Shown here piece by piece: positions 20,487-29,230 of a DNA stretch of 40,197 nt. Each line of letters starts with the position of its first letter. Positions within the stretch are counted from its first letter, which is position 1. The notes beneath the pieces were generated by a model. The model was not told where the DNA came from, searched no databases, and was given only the letters and a program-made list of their open reading frames with translations. The stretch spans positions 1-40,197 of the forward strand of contig JBHHXN010000028.1 in assembly GCA_046757025.1 (NCBI GenBank), given 5' to 3'. The translations under genes were made by a program, and so were the position numbers. The DNA is from a bacterium. GTDB lineage: Bacteria > Zhuqueibacterota > Zhuqueibacteria > Oceanimicrobiales > Oceanimicrobiaceae.

Positions 20487-21587
20487 TTAATGAATGGCTG
20501 CTTCACTGCGGATGTCAAAAAAATGGGCTTTGACCATGTTAAACACTAAATCGGCTTGCTGGCCAATTTTGAGTTGCGACTGTGCATTCACTCTTGCCAC
20601 CAACGGTTGCTTGCCCATGCTAAAATACAGAAAGATTTCATTTCCCATCGGTTCGACCACTTCAACCGGCAATGAAAGGGCAGCCGGCGCTGAAATTTCG
20701 GGGGTATGGCTTGCTTCATAAATATCTTCCGGTCTAATACCGAAGATGATTTCACGATCCAAATACTCTGACAACGCCTTCTCTCGATTTTGTGGAGCCC
20801 GTAATTGCAGGTTGGCGGTTTTAAAAAAGAGGCCGTTGTCTCGGAGTATTTTGCCTTTGAATAAATTCATGGCCGGGCTGCCGATAAAGCCGGCCACAAA
20901 TTTGTTTTTGGGATGATTGTATAAATTCAGCGGTGAATCTATTTGCTGAATGACACCTTCGTTCATCACCACGATGCGGTCTCCCATGGTCATGGCTTCC
21001 ACCTGGTCGTGTGTGACATAAATCATGGTTGTTTTCAACCGATCATGCAGCTTTGAAATTTCCGTGCGCATCTGCACCCGCAGTTTGGCGTCTAAGTTTG
21101 ACAGAGGTTCATCAAACAAAAAGACTTGTGGATGCCGGACAATGGCTCTGCCCACGGCCACTCGCTGCCTTTGACCGCCCGAAAGCGCTTTGGGTTTGCG
21201 ATCTAACAAATTTTGAATACCCAGAATCTCGGCGGCTTCCTGCACGCTACGTTTGATTTCGCATTTGGGCACTTTTCGCAGCTTTAGCCCGAAGGCCATG
21301 TTTTCATAAACCGTCATGTGCGGATAAAGGGCGTAGTTTTGGAACACCATGGCGATATCCCGGTTTTTCGGCGGCACCTGGTTCACCAGTCGCTCCCCGA
21401 TGTAGAGCTCGCCGCTGGAAATTTCTTCCAGCCCGGCAATCATTCGCAGGGTGGTGGATTTGCCGCAGCCGGACGGACCCACCAGCACCACGAACTCCTT
21501 ATCCTCCACTTTCATATTGAAATTATTTACCGCTGCAACCTCTTTCTCAAAATATTTGTACACTTCTTTCAACAAAACATTTGCCAT
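20487..21587 (-). CDS. Sugar ABC transporter ATP-binding protein (MalK/MsmX/UgpC family)
   Basis: Walker A GPSGCGKST, VFQNYALYPHM, LSGGQRQR, FLFDEPLSNLD, VTHDQ, and a C-terminal TOBE region. Confidence 0.95.
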   Translation of the reverse strand: MANVLLKEVYKYFEKEVAAVNNFNMKVEDKEFVVLVGPSGCGKSTTLRMIAGLEEISSGELYIGERLVNQVPPKNRDIAMVFQNYALYPHMTVYENMAFGLKLRKVPKCEIKRSVQEAAEILGIQNLLDRKPKALSGGQRQRVAVGRAIVRHPQVFLFDEPLSNLDAKLRVQMRTEISKLHDRLKTTMIYVTHDQVEAMTMGDRIVVMNEGVIQQIDSPLNLYNHPKNKFVAGFIGSPAMNLFKGKILRDNGLFFKTANLQLRAPQNREKALSEYLDREIIFGIRPEDIYEASHTPEISAPAALSLPVEVVEPMGNEIFLYFSMGKQPLVARVNAQSQLKIGQQADLVFNMVKAHFFDIRSEAAIH

Positions 21588-21667
21588 CTGATTTCACTCA
21601 TTTTTGAATTTGATTGAACGGTGATTTTTTGTTTAGTGGATCAAAATCGTGAAAATGAAATTGCATA

Positions 21668-21696
21668 AATTTAATAAAATTAAATCTTTTTGTCAA
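21668..21696 (-). promoter_or_regulatory. Putative sigma70 promoter of the ABC ATPase gene
   Basis: Minus strand TTGACA-N17-TAAATT, about 80 nt upstream of the ATG at 21587. Confidence 0.55.
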
Positions 21697-21891
21697 GTTA
21701 TTTTCAATTAGATTTGTTAAGAAAAACCGGTATCCTTTTCATTCAGGCGCCTACGAGTGTTGTTGATTTACTGGAGAAAAAATACTCCGTTCAGGGCATA
21801 GAATTGCATATTTTTCAATTTTCTTATTGTCAATTTAAAAAAAAATTGCTAATATGCCCTGAAATCTAATCGAACCACAAGTTGTGACAAT

Positions 21892-23634
21892 ATGCGAGAC
21901 AACGGAAGTCAAACCGTCATTTGCTCCAGTGCCTTTTCACAAAAAGCCGCTAATAATCGAAACAATCGCCCGCAGGTCTGGAAACTTGCCCGTGAACAAT
22001 TGAGCGCAAAAGGCGAGCTGTTTGTCGTGGCCAACGCGGTAAACGACTCGGTGGACAGCCACGGCGCCACCGAGATCGCTATCAACATCATCCACGATGT
22101 CTATTATTCCAACCCGCAAGCAGACGTGATTATGAGTTTGCAGCAAGCTTTTCAGGACGCCAACACTCTGCTGCATCAAATCTTCAACGGACATCAACCT
22201 GAAAATAAAGTGGCAATAAATTGTGCGGCCGTGGTGCTGACCAGAGACGGAATCTATTATACACAAACTGGCACCAGCGCCGCTTATCACATTTCAAAAA
22301 ACAAAATTGAAAAATTGAACGGCGTTCAAAAGACTGTTCGATCTTCAGACAAAGTAAACTCATCAAATCACAATGGCTTCTGCACCGAAGTACTCAAAGA
22401 CGGCGATGCTCTGGGATTTTACGAGCAAATAAACATCTCGATTCAGCAGAAACGGCCGCTCCGAAACGGCGACCATTTTATGTTGTGCAGCCACAACCTG
22501 GCCAATCTCGATCAAGAGGAAATTAAAGAAATGGTGCTCAAGCGAACGCCACAACAAGCCAGTCGCAAGCTGGTCACCATGGCAGACCATCCTGGCGTAA
22601 AAAATAATCTCATAGTGCAGATCATTCAGGTCAACTCGGCGTCCGAGCCATCCATTCTTGCTAGACTGAACAATTTACGCTTTTTCAAATCGAACTTTTG
22701 GCGCTGGCTTTTGCCGGCATTCGCTGTGCTGATTTTCGTCAACGCGGCTTTGTTGATCACCAAGTACCGTGAGCTTATCAACCCACCCCTTTCTGATAAG
22801 CTCGCAAAACCGGTTGTACAACCCGCGTTCAACCCTGCCCAGCATTCGAATTCGGTGATTGCGGATAAGGTGTCAGACAGTGAATTGTCAGCAACCGCCA
22901 CAAAATCCCGCGGTCAGACTGAATTCACAGCCACCAGCCCTGACAACTCCACCAGAGACCAGAATGAGACCAATTTGTCGATGACCGCACGCCGGTCAGA
23001 TGGCCCGAAATTGAACCAGGCTGTGAGCTATCCTCTGGTAGCGGCCGGCGCGATGCCGGTGGACAAACTCAACATCATTGCAGAAATGGTAATGGGTAAT
23101 TTGAAAACAGAGGAGCTGACCACAATCGACCTGGCGATTTCGCAGGACAAAATGATCTTTTTTAACCGCCAGAAACGGATCAAACTCATCAACCAGACCG
23201 AATATTCAGATTTGAGTTTTCAGATACAAACTAAAAAATTATCCAATTCTACCCAGGGACGTTTTGGAATTATTTTCGGTTACCGGGCTTTAAACCGACG
23301 GCCTTATGAAACTTATTATTTATACGCTGTAAATGGCAGCCAAGTGATCCTGCAAAAATACGCGAACTTCAAAAAACAGCTCATCACGACGATGCCAGTG
23401 AAATTAGATTCCTCCAGCAATGCGCAAACCATTCAGCTCAAAGTCGTGCAATACGGCCCCTATCTCGAGCTCCATGCTAACCAGCAACGGGTGTTTTTCT
23501 GGCAAGCCGATGAAAACATTCGCGGACGTGTGGGCATTTTCGTCGATCCCAACACGCCGGTGGAATTTTCAAAAATAAAAAGTTCCAACTCGCTCTATTT
23601 AAAAAAAATGACCACCAGCATGCGATTAGAATAA
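21892..23634 (+). CDS. Membrane protein: N-terminal degenerate PP2C/PPM phosphatase fold, TM helix, C-terminal beta-sandwich (DUF1080/lectin-like)
   Basis: PP2C-like blocks KGELFVVAN, LQQAFQDAN, GDHFMLCS, PQQASRKLV and KNNLIVQ; TM segment WLLPAFAVLIFVNAALLI; C-terminal GRFGIIFGY...GRVGIFV...VEFSKI. Confidence 0.65.
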   Translation: MRDNGSQTVICSSAFSQKAANNRNNRPQVWKLAREQLSAKGELFVVANAVNDSVDSHGATEIAINIIHDVYYSNPQADVIMSLQQAFQDANTLLHQIFNGHQPENKVAINCAAVVLTRDGIYYTQTGTSAAYHISKNKIEKLNGVQKTVRSSDKVNSSNHNGFCTEVLKDGDALGFYEQINISIQQKRPLRNGDHFMLCSHNLANLDQEEIKEMVLKRTPQQASRKLVTMADHPGVKNNLIVQIIQVNSASEPSILARLNNLRFFKSNFWRWLLPAFAVLIFVNAALLITKYRELINPPLSDKLAKPVVQPAFNPAQHSNSVIADKVSDSELSATATKSRGQTEFTATSPDNSTRDQNETNLSMTARRSDGPKLNQAVSYPLVAAGAMPVDKLNIIAEMVMGNLKTEELTTIDLAISQDKMIFFNRQKRIKLINQTEYSDLSFQIQTKKLSNSTQGRFGIIFGYRALNRRPYETYYLYAVNGSQVILQKYANFKKQLITTMPVKLDSSSNAQTIQLKVVQYGPYLELHANQQRVFFWQADENIRGRVGIFVDPNTPVEFSKIKSSNSLYLKKMTTSMRLE

Positions 23635-24052
23635 TTGAGTTCTATAAAACATTCATGCCCGGTTTCGAGAATTGCTTCCAACAGATATCTCATATCTTGA
23701 AGTCCGGGTTACTATGTTTAAGCGATTTGATTTTCAAATTTACCCTGAGCCTCGCGAAGGGAAAAACTCTGCGTCTGAAGAATCTCAGAAACCACGATAT
23801 TTTTCTCACTCATCAAGCACCGTAGTATGAGATTCTTTCCGCTCTCTTAAAGCGAATTGGCGTCAACCAAATTTCAAAATAATTTCTTTTAAATCACTTT
23901 TTTAGACAGGATTACAGGATAAACAGGATTCACAAGACAATCATTTACATGTAATTAACATTAATAAATATGGACTGGTTTTAGATTTTTTCATGCTTTC
24001 AGCTCAGAAAAATGAAAGATATTCTCAATGACTTTTTCAGATTCATTTTATT

Positions 24053-24187
24053 TAGTGTTTGAACGAAAACAGTCTTCTATTGTCATTCCCGAATGTTTTT
24101 GGCGGGAATCTCCTGCCCAGAATCATGGGATTCCGGCTGAAAGCATGCCGGAATGACAGCTCTGAGAGAGTTTTCTTTCAAACACTA
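24053..24187. mobile_element. MITE of the GTG...CAC TIR family (copy 4) carrying an inverted GTCATTCC...GGAATC REP-like pair
   Basis: TAGTGTTTGAACGAAAAC ... GTTTTCTTTCAAACACTA (17/18); TTTTATT on both flanks; internal GTCATTCCCG...CGGGAATC and GATTCCGG...CCGGAATGAC. Confidence 0.75.
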
Positions 24188-24496
24188 TTTATTCCAATCC
24201 CAATCGGGTTACGATGAATAAATAGTTTATTGTCGTGTAACGCCTCTCTTGGAATTTGACAAAAAAAAGGCTTATCTTTAAGGTAGTTCAAAACGCCAAA
24301 ACGCAAAGCGGGATCACCCTGAATGACCATTTTAAAAGATTTCGGAGATAACGGGATAGCCGTATTGTGATAAAGGTGATTAGCTGGATTCGAGGTTATA
24401 CTTTTACTGAGAAAGGGACTTTTGAATATTAGTCAGCATCGAAGAAACAAACAACCAGGAAGGGGTAATAAAATAAAGTGTAAAGCAAGGACACCT

Positions 24497-25957
24497 ATGA
24501 AAAAGAAATGGATTATTTTAATTTGCGTCATTTTTGCGACGGCTCTGGTGAGCTGTTCGAAACATTCCACGCCGACGGGGCCGGCACAACCGGAAGATAC
24601 GACCCGCAAAATTGTCATTCTCTACACCAATGATGAGCACGGTTGGATGGAAGCTACCGAAAACAACGGCGGCGCCGCAGAAATGATGGGTCTCTGGCGT
24701 GAAAACGAAGGCTATGTCAAAAACAGCCATTTTCTGATTCTCAGCGGCGGCGACTTATGGACCGGGCCGGCCATCTCCACATGGTTTGAGGGAGAGTCCA
24801 TGGCCGAAGTGATGAACGCCATGCATTACAGCGCTGCAGCCATCGGCAATCACGAATTCGATTTTAAAGTGGAGGGGCTAAACGCGCGCCTGCAGCAGTC
24901 TGACTTCCCCTTCCTCGCCGCCAACATTCGCGAAAAAACCACCAGCCAACCGCCTGATTTTTCCACGCCCTACGTGATCAAGGAAGTTAACGACGTCAAA
25001 ATTGGCATCATCGGCTTGAGCTCGTTGTTCACGCCGTTTACGACTTTTCCCGACTATGTTGAAGATTACGACTTTTTGGAATATGCAAACGTGCTCAATG
25101 AAATTGTGCCAAAAGTTCGTTCAGACGGCGCCGAGCTGCTGGTGGTGATCGGTCACATCTGCGTGGAGGAAATGCAAAGCCTGGCGCCTCTCGCGGAACA
25201 GCTTGGTATTGCGGTCATCGGCGGCGGGCACTGCCATCAACGTTTTGCAGAAGTGGTAAACGACGTCGCTCTCATCGAAAGCGGTTCTTACCTGCAGGCT
25301 TATGCCCGGGTCGAGCTGACTTTTGATTATGAAGCCGACTCGGTTTTAACTTTGAATACCAGCTTGCACGACAACGTTGGCGGCACCGCGGATGATCAAA
25401 TCGCCGCCATCGTCGATATCTGGAAAGCGCGTGTGGATGCGCAACTGTCGCTGGTGATCGGCTATGCACAGCAGTCCATCAGCCGCTACTCCGCGGCCAT
25501 GCACAATATGGTGGCAGATTCCTGGTTGTGGAGTTTTCCCTCCGCAAACGTGGCCGTGACCAATCGCGGCGGCATTCGTCAGGATATCCCGGCTGGCGAC
25601 ATCAAACTCGAGACCATCGTCGGCGTGCTGCCATTTCAAAATGACCTGATCGAATTAGAGCTTACGGGCGCGCAACTGATCGAATTCATCACCGAGGGCC
25701 AGCTCGTCATCGGCGGCATGACCACGGTCGGCGGTTACAAACTAACTGACGGTACGCCGATCACTCAGAATCATACCTACAAAGTGATTACCACCGACTT
25801 CCTTTATGCCGTGCGCGGTTACCTGGCAACCTATGATCCCACGCCAAACAATTTGTCGGTAAACTACCGCCAACCGCTGAGCGATTGGATTAGTTCGTTA
25901 AATACGTCCGTGAATATTCCTTTGGACAATTTTCTGGACACGACGCCGCGGTGGTGA
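24497..25957 (+). CDS. Bifunctional metallophosphatase/5'-nucleotidase lipoprotein (UshA-like)
   Basis: Lipobox LVSC; YTNDEHG, SGGDLW.G, GNHEFD, GH, GGHCH, N.GGIR and LPFQN. Confidence 0.92.
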   Translation: MKKKWIILICVIFATALVSCSKHSTPTGPAQPEDTTRKIVILYTNDEHGWMEATENNGGAAEMMGLWRENEGYVKNSHFLILSGGDLWTGPAISTWFEGESMAEVMNAMHYSAAAIGNHEFDFKVEGLNARLQQSDFPFLAANIREKTTSQPPDFSTPYVIKEVNDVKIGIIGLSSLFTPFTTFPDYVEDYDFLEYANVLNEIVPKVRSDGAELLVVIGHICVEEMQSLAPLAEQLGIAVIGGGHCHQRFAEVVNDVALIESGSYLQAYARVELTFDYEADSVLTLNTSLHDNVGGTADDQIAAIVDIWKARVDAQLSLVIGYAQQSISRYSAAMHNMVADSWLWSFPSANVAVTNRGGIRQDIPAGDIKLETIVGVLPFQNDLIELELTGAQLIEFITEGQLVIGGMTTVGGYKLTDGTPITQNHTYKVITTDFLYAVRGYLATYDPTPNNLSVNYRQPLSDWISSLNTSVNIPLDNFLDTTPRW

Positions 25958-26160
25958 ATTTCAGATTAAGACTTTTGAAAGATTACCAAATTAATTAGTG
26001 ATTGACTGAAAAGTCAGTGCAAGTCATTCCTGCGAAGTTTGTCCTCGCGAAAGCGGGTAGCAGGAATCCAACAAAAATATCAGCTTATAGATTCCAGATT
26101 GTCACTATTCAGCACCGGTCTGTCATTCCTGCGAATGCAGGAATCTCCTCTGACATCCAT

Positions 26161-26675
26161 TTAAACCAGTTCTGCGTGCAGGTTTTTCCATTCTGGATTC
26201 ATTTCTCCAATGACATTTTCTATGTATTCCTGGATGTCCCCCATAAATTCATATTAAACTTAATGTAAGCGATTGATAAAATATAGTTTATGTTTTTAAA
26301 GTTTTAATAAAATTCAAGCATGGAGAAATCGTGCTCCTACACAGTTTGCAACTGTGTATTCCTTTCGGATTTGTGCCTGAAACACGGTTGCAAACCGTGT
26401 TGGATCAGACTTGAATTTACTATCTCCCAAATAATGGGGGACATTCAGTTTCTATGTATTCCCGTTGCTATTTTTTCAGTCCTTTTTCCTGAGTTATCGC
26501 GGCAGTAATATCTTATGCTCACTGAAACCATCCAAGCTGGTGGCAAGGGTATTTTTTAGTAAACCCATGGCTCAATCCGCCCTTGTGTTCATGCACCCGT
26601 GGAATAAGATTGTTCGTAACACCGATGTCAAGCACGTTGTTCTGTTTGTTTGCCATCATGTACACGCCATAATTT
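26161..26675 (-). pseudogene. GIY-YIG nuclease (UPF0213-like) pseudogene
   Basis: Manual translation NYGVYMMANKQNNVLDIGVTNNLIPRVHEHKGGLSHGFTKKYPCHQLGWFQ*A*DITAAITQEKGLKK*QREY; three stops plus a 219-bp insertion. Confidence 0.8.
26230..26448. mobile_element. 219-bp MITE with 15-bp TIR and 13-bp TSD
   Basis: CTGGATGTCCCCCAT versus reverse complement CTGAATGTCCCCCAT; TTTCTATGTATTC duplicated at 26217-26229 and 26449-26461. Confidence 0.85.
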
Positions 26676-26928
26676 TTCTACCTGAACATATTTTTACTTG
26701 ATTGAACGATAAGAAATCCTTTCTCACTTATTTTTATTGAATCGGGGGACTCCTGCATTCGCAGGAGTGACACCTGAAAAGTGACTGCCGATTTCTCGGG
26801 AATAACAAAAATGGATAGTTTTCTGTCAATCACGAATTAAACGGAATCTTGCACTTTAGAATCGTCAAATTTAACAGAACTAAACAGGGTACATGCGGAA
26901 AATTAAACATAATTTGAAGTAAATTCAG

Positions 26929-26957
26929 TTGAAAATCTCAAAAATATTGACTATCTT
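26929..26957 (+). promoter_or_regulatory. Putative sigma70 promoter of selC
   Basis: TTGAAA-N17-TATCTT ending 15 nt before the tRNA. Confidence 0.5.
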
Positions 26958-26972
26958 ATCAAGGGACTTTCC

Positions 26973-27068
26973 GGGAATGCATGAGTGCCTGGTGGCCTCC
27001 GCGGTCTTCAAAACCGTTGCGTCCTGAGTCGCCTCAGGATGGGTGGGTTCGATTCCCACACGTTCCCG
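26973..27068 (+). tRNA. selC: tRNA-Sec (anticodon UCA)
   Basis: Acceptor GGGAATGC/ACGTTCCC plus discriminator G; D arm GAG.GCC-TGGT-GGCCTC; anticodon arm GCGGT-CTTCAAA-ACCGT (TCA at 27008-27010); long variable arm CGTCCTGAG-TCGC-CTCAGGATG; T arm GTGGG-TTCGATT-CCCAC. CCA is not encoded. Confidence 0.95.
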
Positions 27069-27145
27069 CTATCTTTTTCAGAGCGTCGATGGTGGTAATA
27101 GCGTAAAATGAACCGCTGGTGGATGTATTTTCAACAGGTGATAAA

Positions 27146-29143
27146 ATGCAAAAATTTATTCTTCGATTACTAACGCTCACAAATCTGGTGTTTGTGGGCG
27201 TTTCTTTTTCTCAAAACCCGGCTTTTAGAAATGATGAAGCAAATGAAATTCTTCTGAAACATTTTCAACGGAAGCACGACCGCTTTTTTCAGCAAAAATT
27301 CGTGAAACCGGCCGCCTTGATTTCAGCTCAGGACAAGTTCGATGTTCACTATTATAAGTTGGATATCGATGTGGATCCAACCACGGAAGTAGTAAAGGGA
27401 TTTGTGGAGATCAAGGCCAGAGCGAAAGTTGACCAGTTCAGCACCGTGGCTCTGGATTTCAGAACGAATTTGGTGGTGGAAGGCGTCAGCCAGGAGGCAG
27501 CGAGTTATCACCACCAGAATGACGTGCTGCAAATTCAGTTGAGCCAGGTTAAGCAAAGCGGGGAAGAATTTGCCATTCGAGTCGATTACCGCGGCCAGCC
27601 AGCCGAAAACAGCTTTGGCTCGTTTGGCTTTGATTATCACCGCGGTGCCCCCATCATCTGGTCGCTGAGCGAACCCTACTTTGCCCGCAACTGGTGGCCG
27701 TGTAAAGATGTGCCCAACGATAAAGCAGACTCGGTGGACGTCATTCTAACGGTGCCGGAAGAGCTCATCGCGGTGTCCAATGGCTCGCTGATCAGTAACA
27801 CCAATAACGGCGACGGCACCCGCACATTTCACTGGCATGAAGGCTACCCTATCACCACTTACCTGGTCTCGCTAGCCATCTCTAACTACGCCACCTACTC
27901 CGACTGGTTCCACTACGGGGTGAACGACAGCATGGAGATTCAATATTATATTTATCCAGAGCATTTCGAAGGAGCCAAAAGCCAACTGAACGACATGTTA
28001 GAAATGATGTCGCTTTTTCACAAAATATTTGGACCGTATCCCTTTTTGAGAGAAAAATACGGTATCGCACAATTTCCCCGCGGTGGCGGTATGGAACATC
28101 AAACCATCACCAGCCAGAGCGGATTCTGGACTGAGCTGACCGTGCACGAGCTGGCGCACCAGTGGTGGGGCGACAAAATCACCAACGCCACCTGGCCGGA
28201 CATCTGGCTGAACGAAGGCTTTGCCTCCTATTCTGAAGCGCTCTATTTCGAACATATCAACGGGAAACCATTTTATCACAAGTACATGCGAAGCATGGAT
28301 TGGGACCACCCTTACGCCATTTTTGTGGATGACACCTCTTCGGTTTGGAGAATATTCGACAGAACGGTCTATCACAAAGGCGCCTGGCTGCTGCACATGC
28401 TGCGGCACGTTGTGGGCGATTCCACGTTTTTCGATATCCTGCTCGCCTATTCCAACGATGTGCGGTTTGCTTATGGCAACGCCACCACCCGCGGCTTTCA
28501 GGACGTTTGTGAATCGGTCTCCGGGCAAAACCTGGACTGGTTTTTCCAGCCCTGGATCTATGAACGGGGGCGGCCAGTTTACCAAGCACAGTGGAACAAA
28601 AGGGTTGAAGGGAATTCGCAAGTATTGAATCTGCAATTGAAACAAATCCAGTACCCAAATGAAGCGTTGTTTCCCATGCCTATCGACATTACCGTGGAAA
28701 CCGCCCGCGGCGACACCATTGTGACCGTCTTCAACGACGCGGCTGAGCAAAATTTTAAAATCACCTTGAACGCAGAACCCCAGAATATCATCATTGACAA
28801 AGACGGCTGGATTTTGAAAAGGGTGGATTCTATTTCCGCGAACGAAGAATCGCCCGTCGTCATCACCGATTTTGTGCTGAAGCAAAATTATCCCAATCCT
28901 TTTAACGGGGAGACCGTCATCGAGTTTAGTCTGCCCAGACGAGAAACAGTTGAGCTGACTCTTTACAACCTCTCCGGGCAAAAAATCCGAACTTTGATTT
29001 CCAAACAATATGAAGCAGGTACCTATTCCATTCCCTGGAACGGATTGAATGATGAAGGTCAAACCGTGGCCAGCGGTTTATATTTTTACCAGATACAAGC
29101 TGGCAATTTTAAGCTGCAAAAAAAGTTGCTTTACATCAAATAA
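27146..29143 (+). CDS. M1 family zinc aminopeptidase with T9SS/FlgD C-terminal domain
   Basis: Signal peptide; GGMEH, HELAH-x18-E (WLNEGFA), YHKGA; QNYPNPFN...SGLYFYQI...KKLLYIK. Confidence 0.93.
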   Translation: MQKFILRLLTLTNLVFVGVSFSQNPAFRNDEANEILLKHFQRKHDRFFQQKFVKPAALISAQDKFDVHYYKLDIDVDPTTEVVKGFVEIKARAKVDQFSTVALDFRTNLVVEGVSQEAASYHHQNDVLQIQLSQVKQSGEEFAIRVDYRGQPAENSFGSFGFDYHRGAPIIWSLSEPYFARNWWPCKDVPNDKADSVDVILTVPEELIAVSNGSLISNTNNGDGTRTFHWHEGYPITTYLVSLAISNYATYSDWFHYGVNDSMEIQYYIYPEHFEGAKSQLNDMLEMMSLFHKIFGPYPFLREKYGIAQFPRGGGMEHQTITSQSGFWTELTVHELAHQWWGDKITNATWPDIWLNEGFASYSEALYFEHINGKPFYHKYMRSMDWDHPYAIFVDDTSSVWRIFDRTVYHKGAWLLHMLRHVVGDSTFFDILLAYSNDVRFAYGNATTRGFQDVCESVSGQNLDWFFQPWIYERGRPVYQAQWNKRVEGNSQVLNLQLKQIQYPNEALFPMPIDITVETARGDTIVTVFNDAAEQNFKITLNAEPQNIIIDKDGWILKRVDSISANEESPVVITDFVLKQNYPNPFNGETVIEFSLPRRETVELTLYNLSGQKIRTLISKQYEAGTYSIPWNGLNDEGQTVASGLYFYQIQAGNFKLQKKLLYIK

Positions 29144-29149
29144 ACGGTG

Positions 29150-29186
29150 AAAAAAAAGCCCCTGACAATTACTTTCCCAGGGGCTT
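29150..29186 (-). terminator. Rho-independent terminator of the DUF3179 gene (between convergent genes)
   Basis: Minus strand AAGCCCCTG-loop-CAGGGGCTTTTTTTT. Confidence 0.7.
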
Positions 29187-29230
29187 ACAGGATTTTGGAA
29201 GGGTTAGAGACCTGATATGGTTCCTGTCGC

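Larger units (their letters stand above)
26101..26785. mobile_element. TIR/REP-flanked GIY-YIG cassette, copy A (interrupted)
   Basis: GTCACTATTCAG...CTGAAAAGTGAC TIR; subterminal GTCATTCCTGCGAATGCAGGAATC palindromes in inverted orientation; colinear with 34307-34769. Confidence 0.8.
25991..26840. mobile_element. Outer MITE of the GTG...CAC TIR family (copy 5) hosting nested elements
   Basis: Left TTAATTAGTGATTGACTGAAAAGT versus reverse complement of the right end TTAATTCGTGATTGACAGAAAACT (21/24). Confidence 0.65.

Noticed and set aside
24256..24278. TTGACA...TATCTT promoter for the 5'-nucleotidase
   Set aside because: The spacing is only 11 nt, and the alternative -35 (TTGGAA, 18 nt) is too weak to call.
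25955..25969. Sec read-through at other TGA stops (5'-nucleotidase, short GH130, anti-sigma, gcvP)
   Set aside because: The proteins appear complete at these stops, further stops follow shortly, and no SECIS-like hairpin or Cys-motif context was seen.
26002..26701. Small ORFs 26002..26268, 26320..26508 and 26465..26701 (also 34824..35009 and 34848..35057)
   Set aside because: They are translations of REP/MITE DNA or antisense to the GIY-YIG pseudogene (for example the VIPANAGIS palindrome-derived peptide).
27998..29062. 354-aa antisense ORF
   Set aside because: It lies wholly opposite the well-supported M1 aminopeptidase and has no recognisable motifs, so it is a shadow ORF. The same applies to the many shorter overlapping ORFs in the track.
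26973..29143. selC-anchored genomic island or prophage
   Set aside because: No integrase and no duplicated tRNA 3' end were seen. The flanking genes are ordinary and the MITE nest lies upstream of selC.
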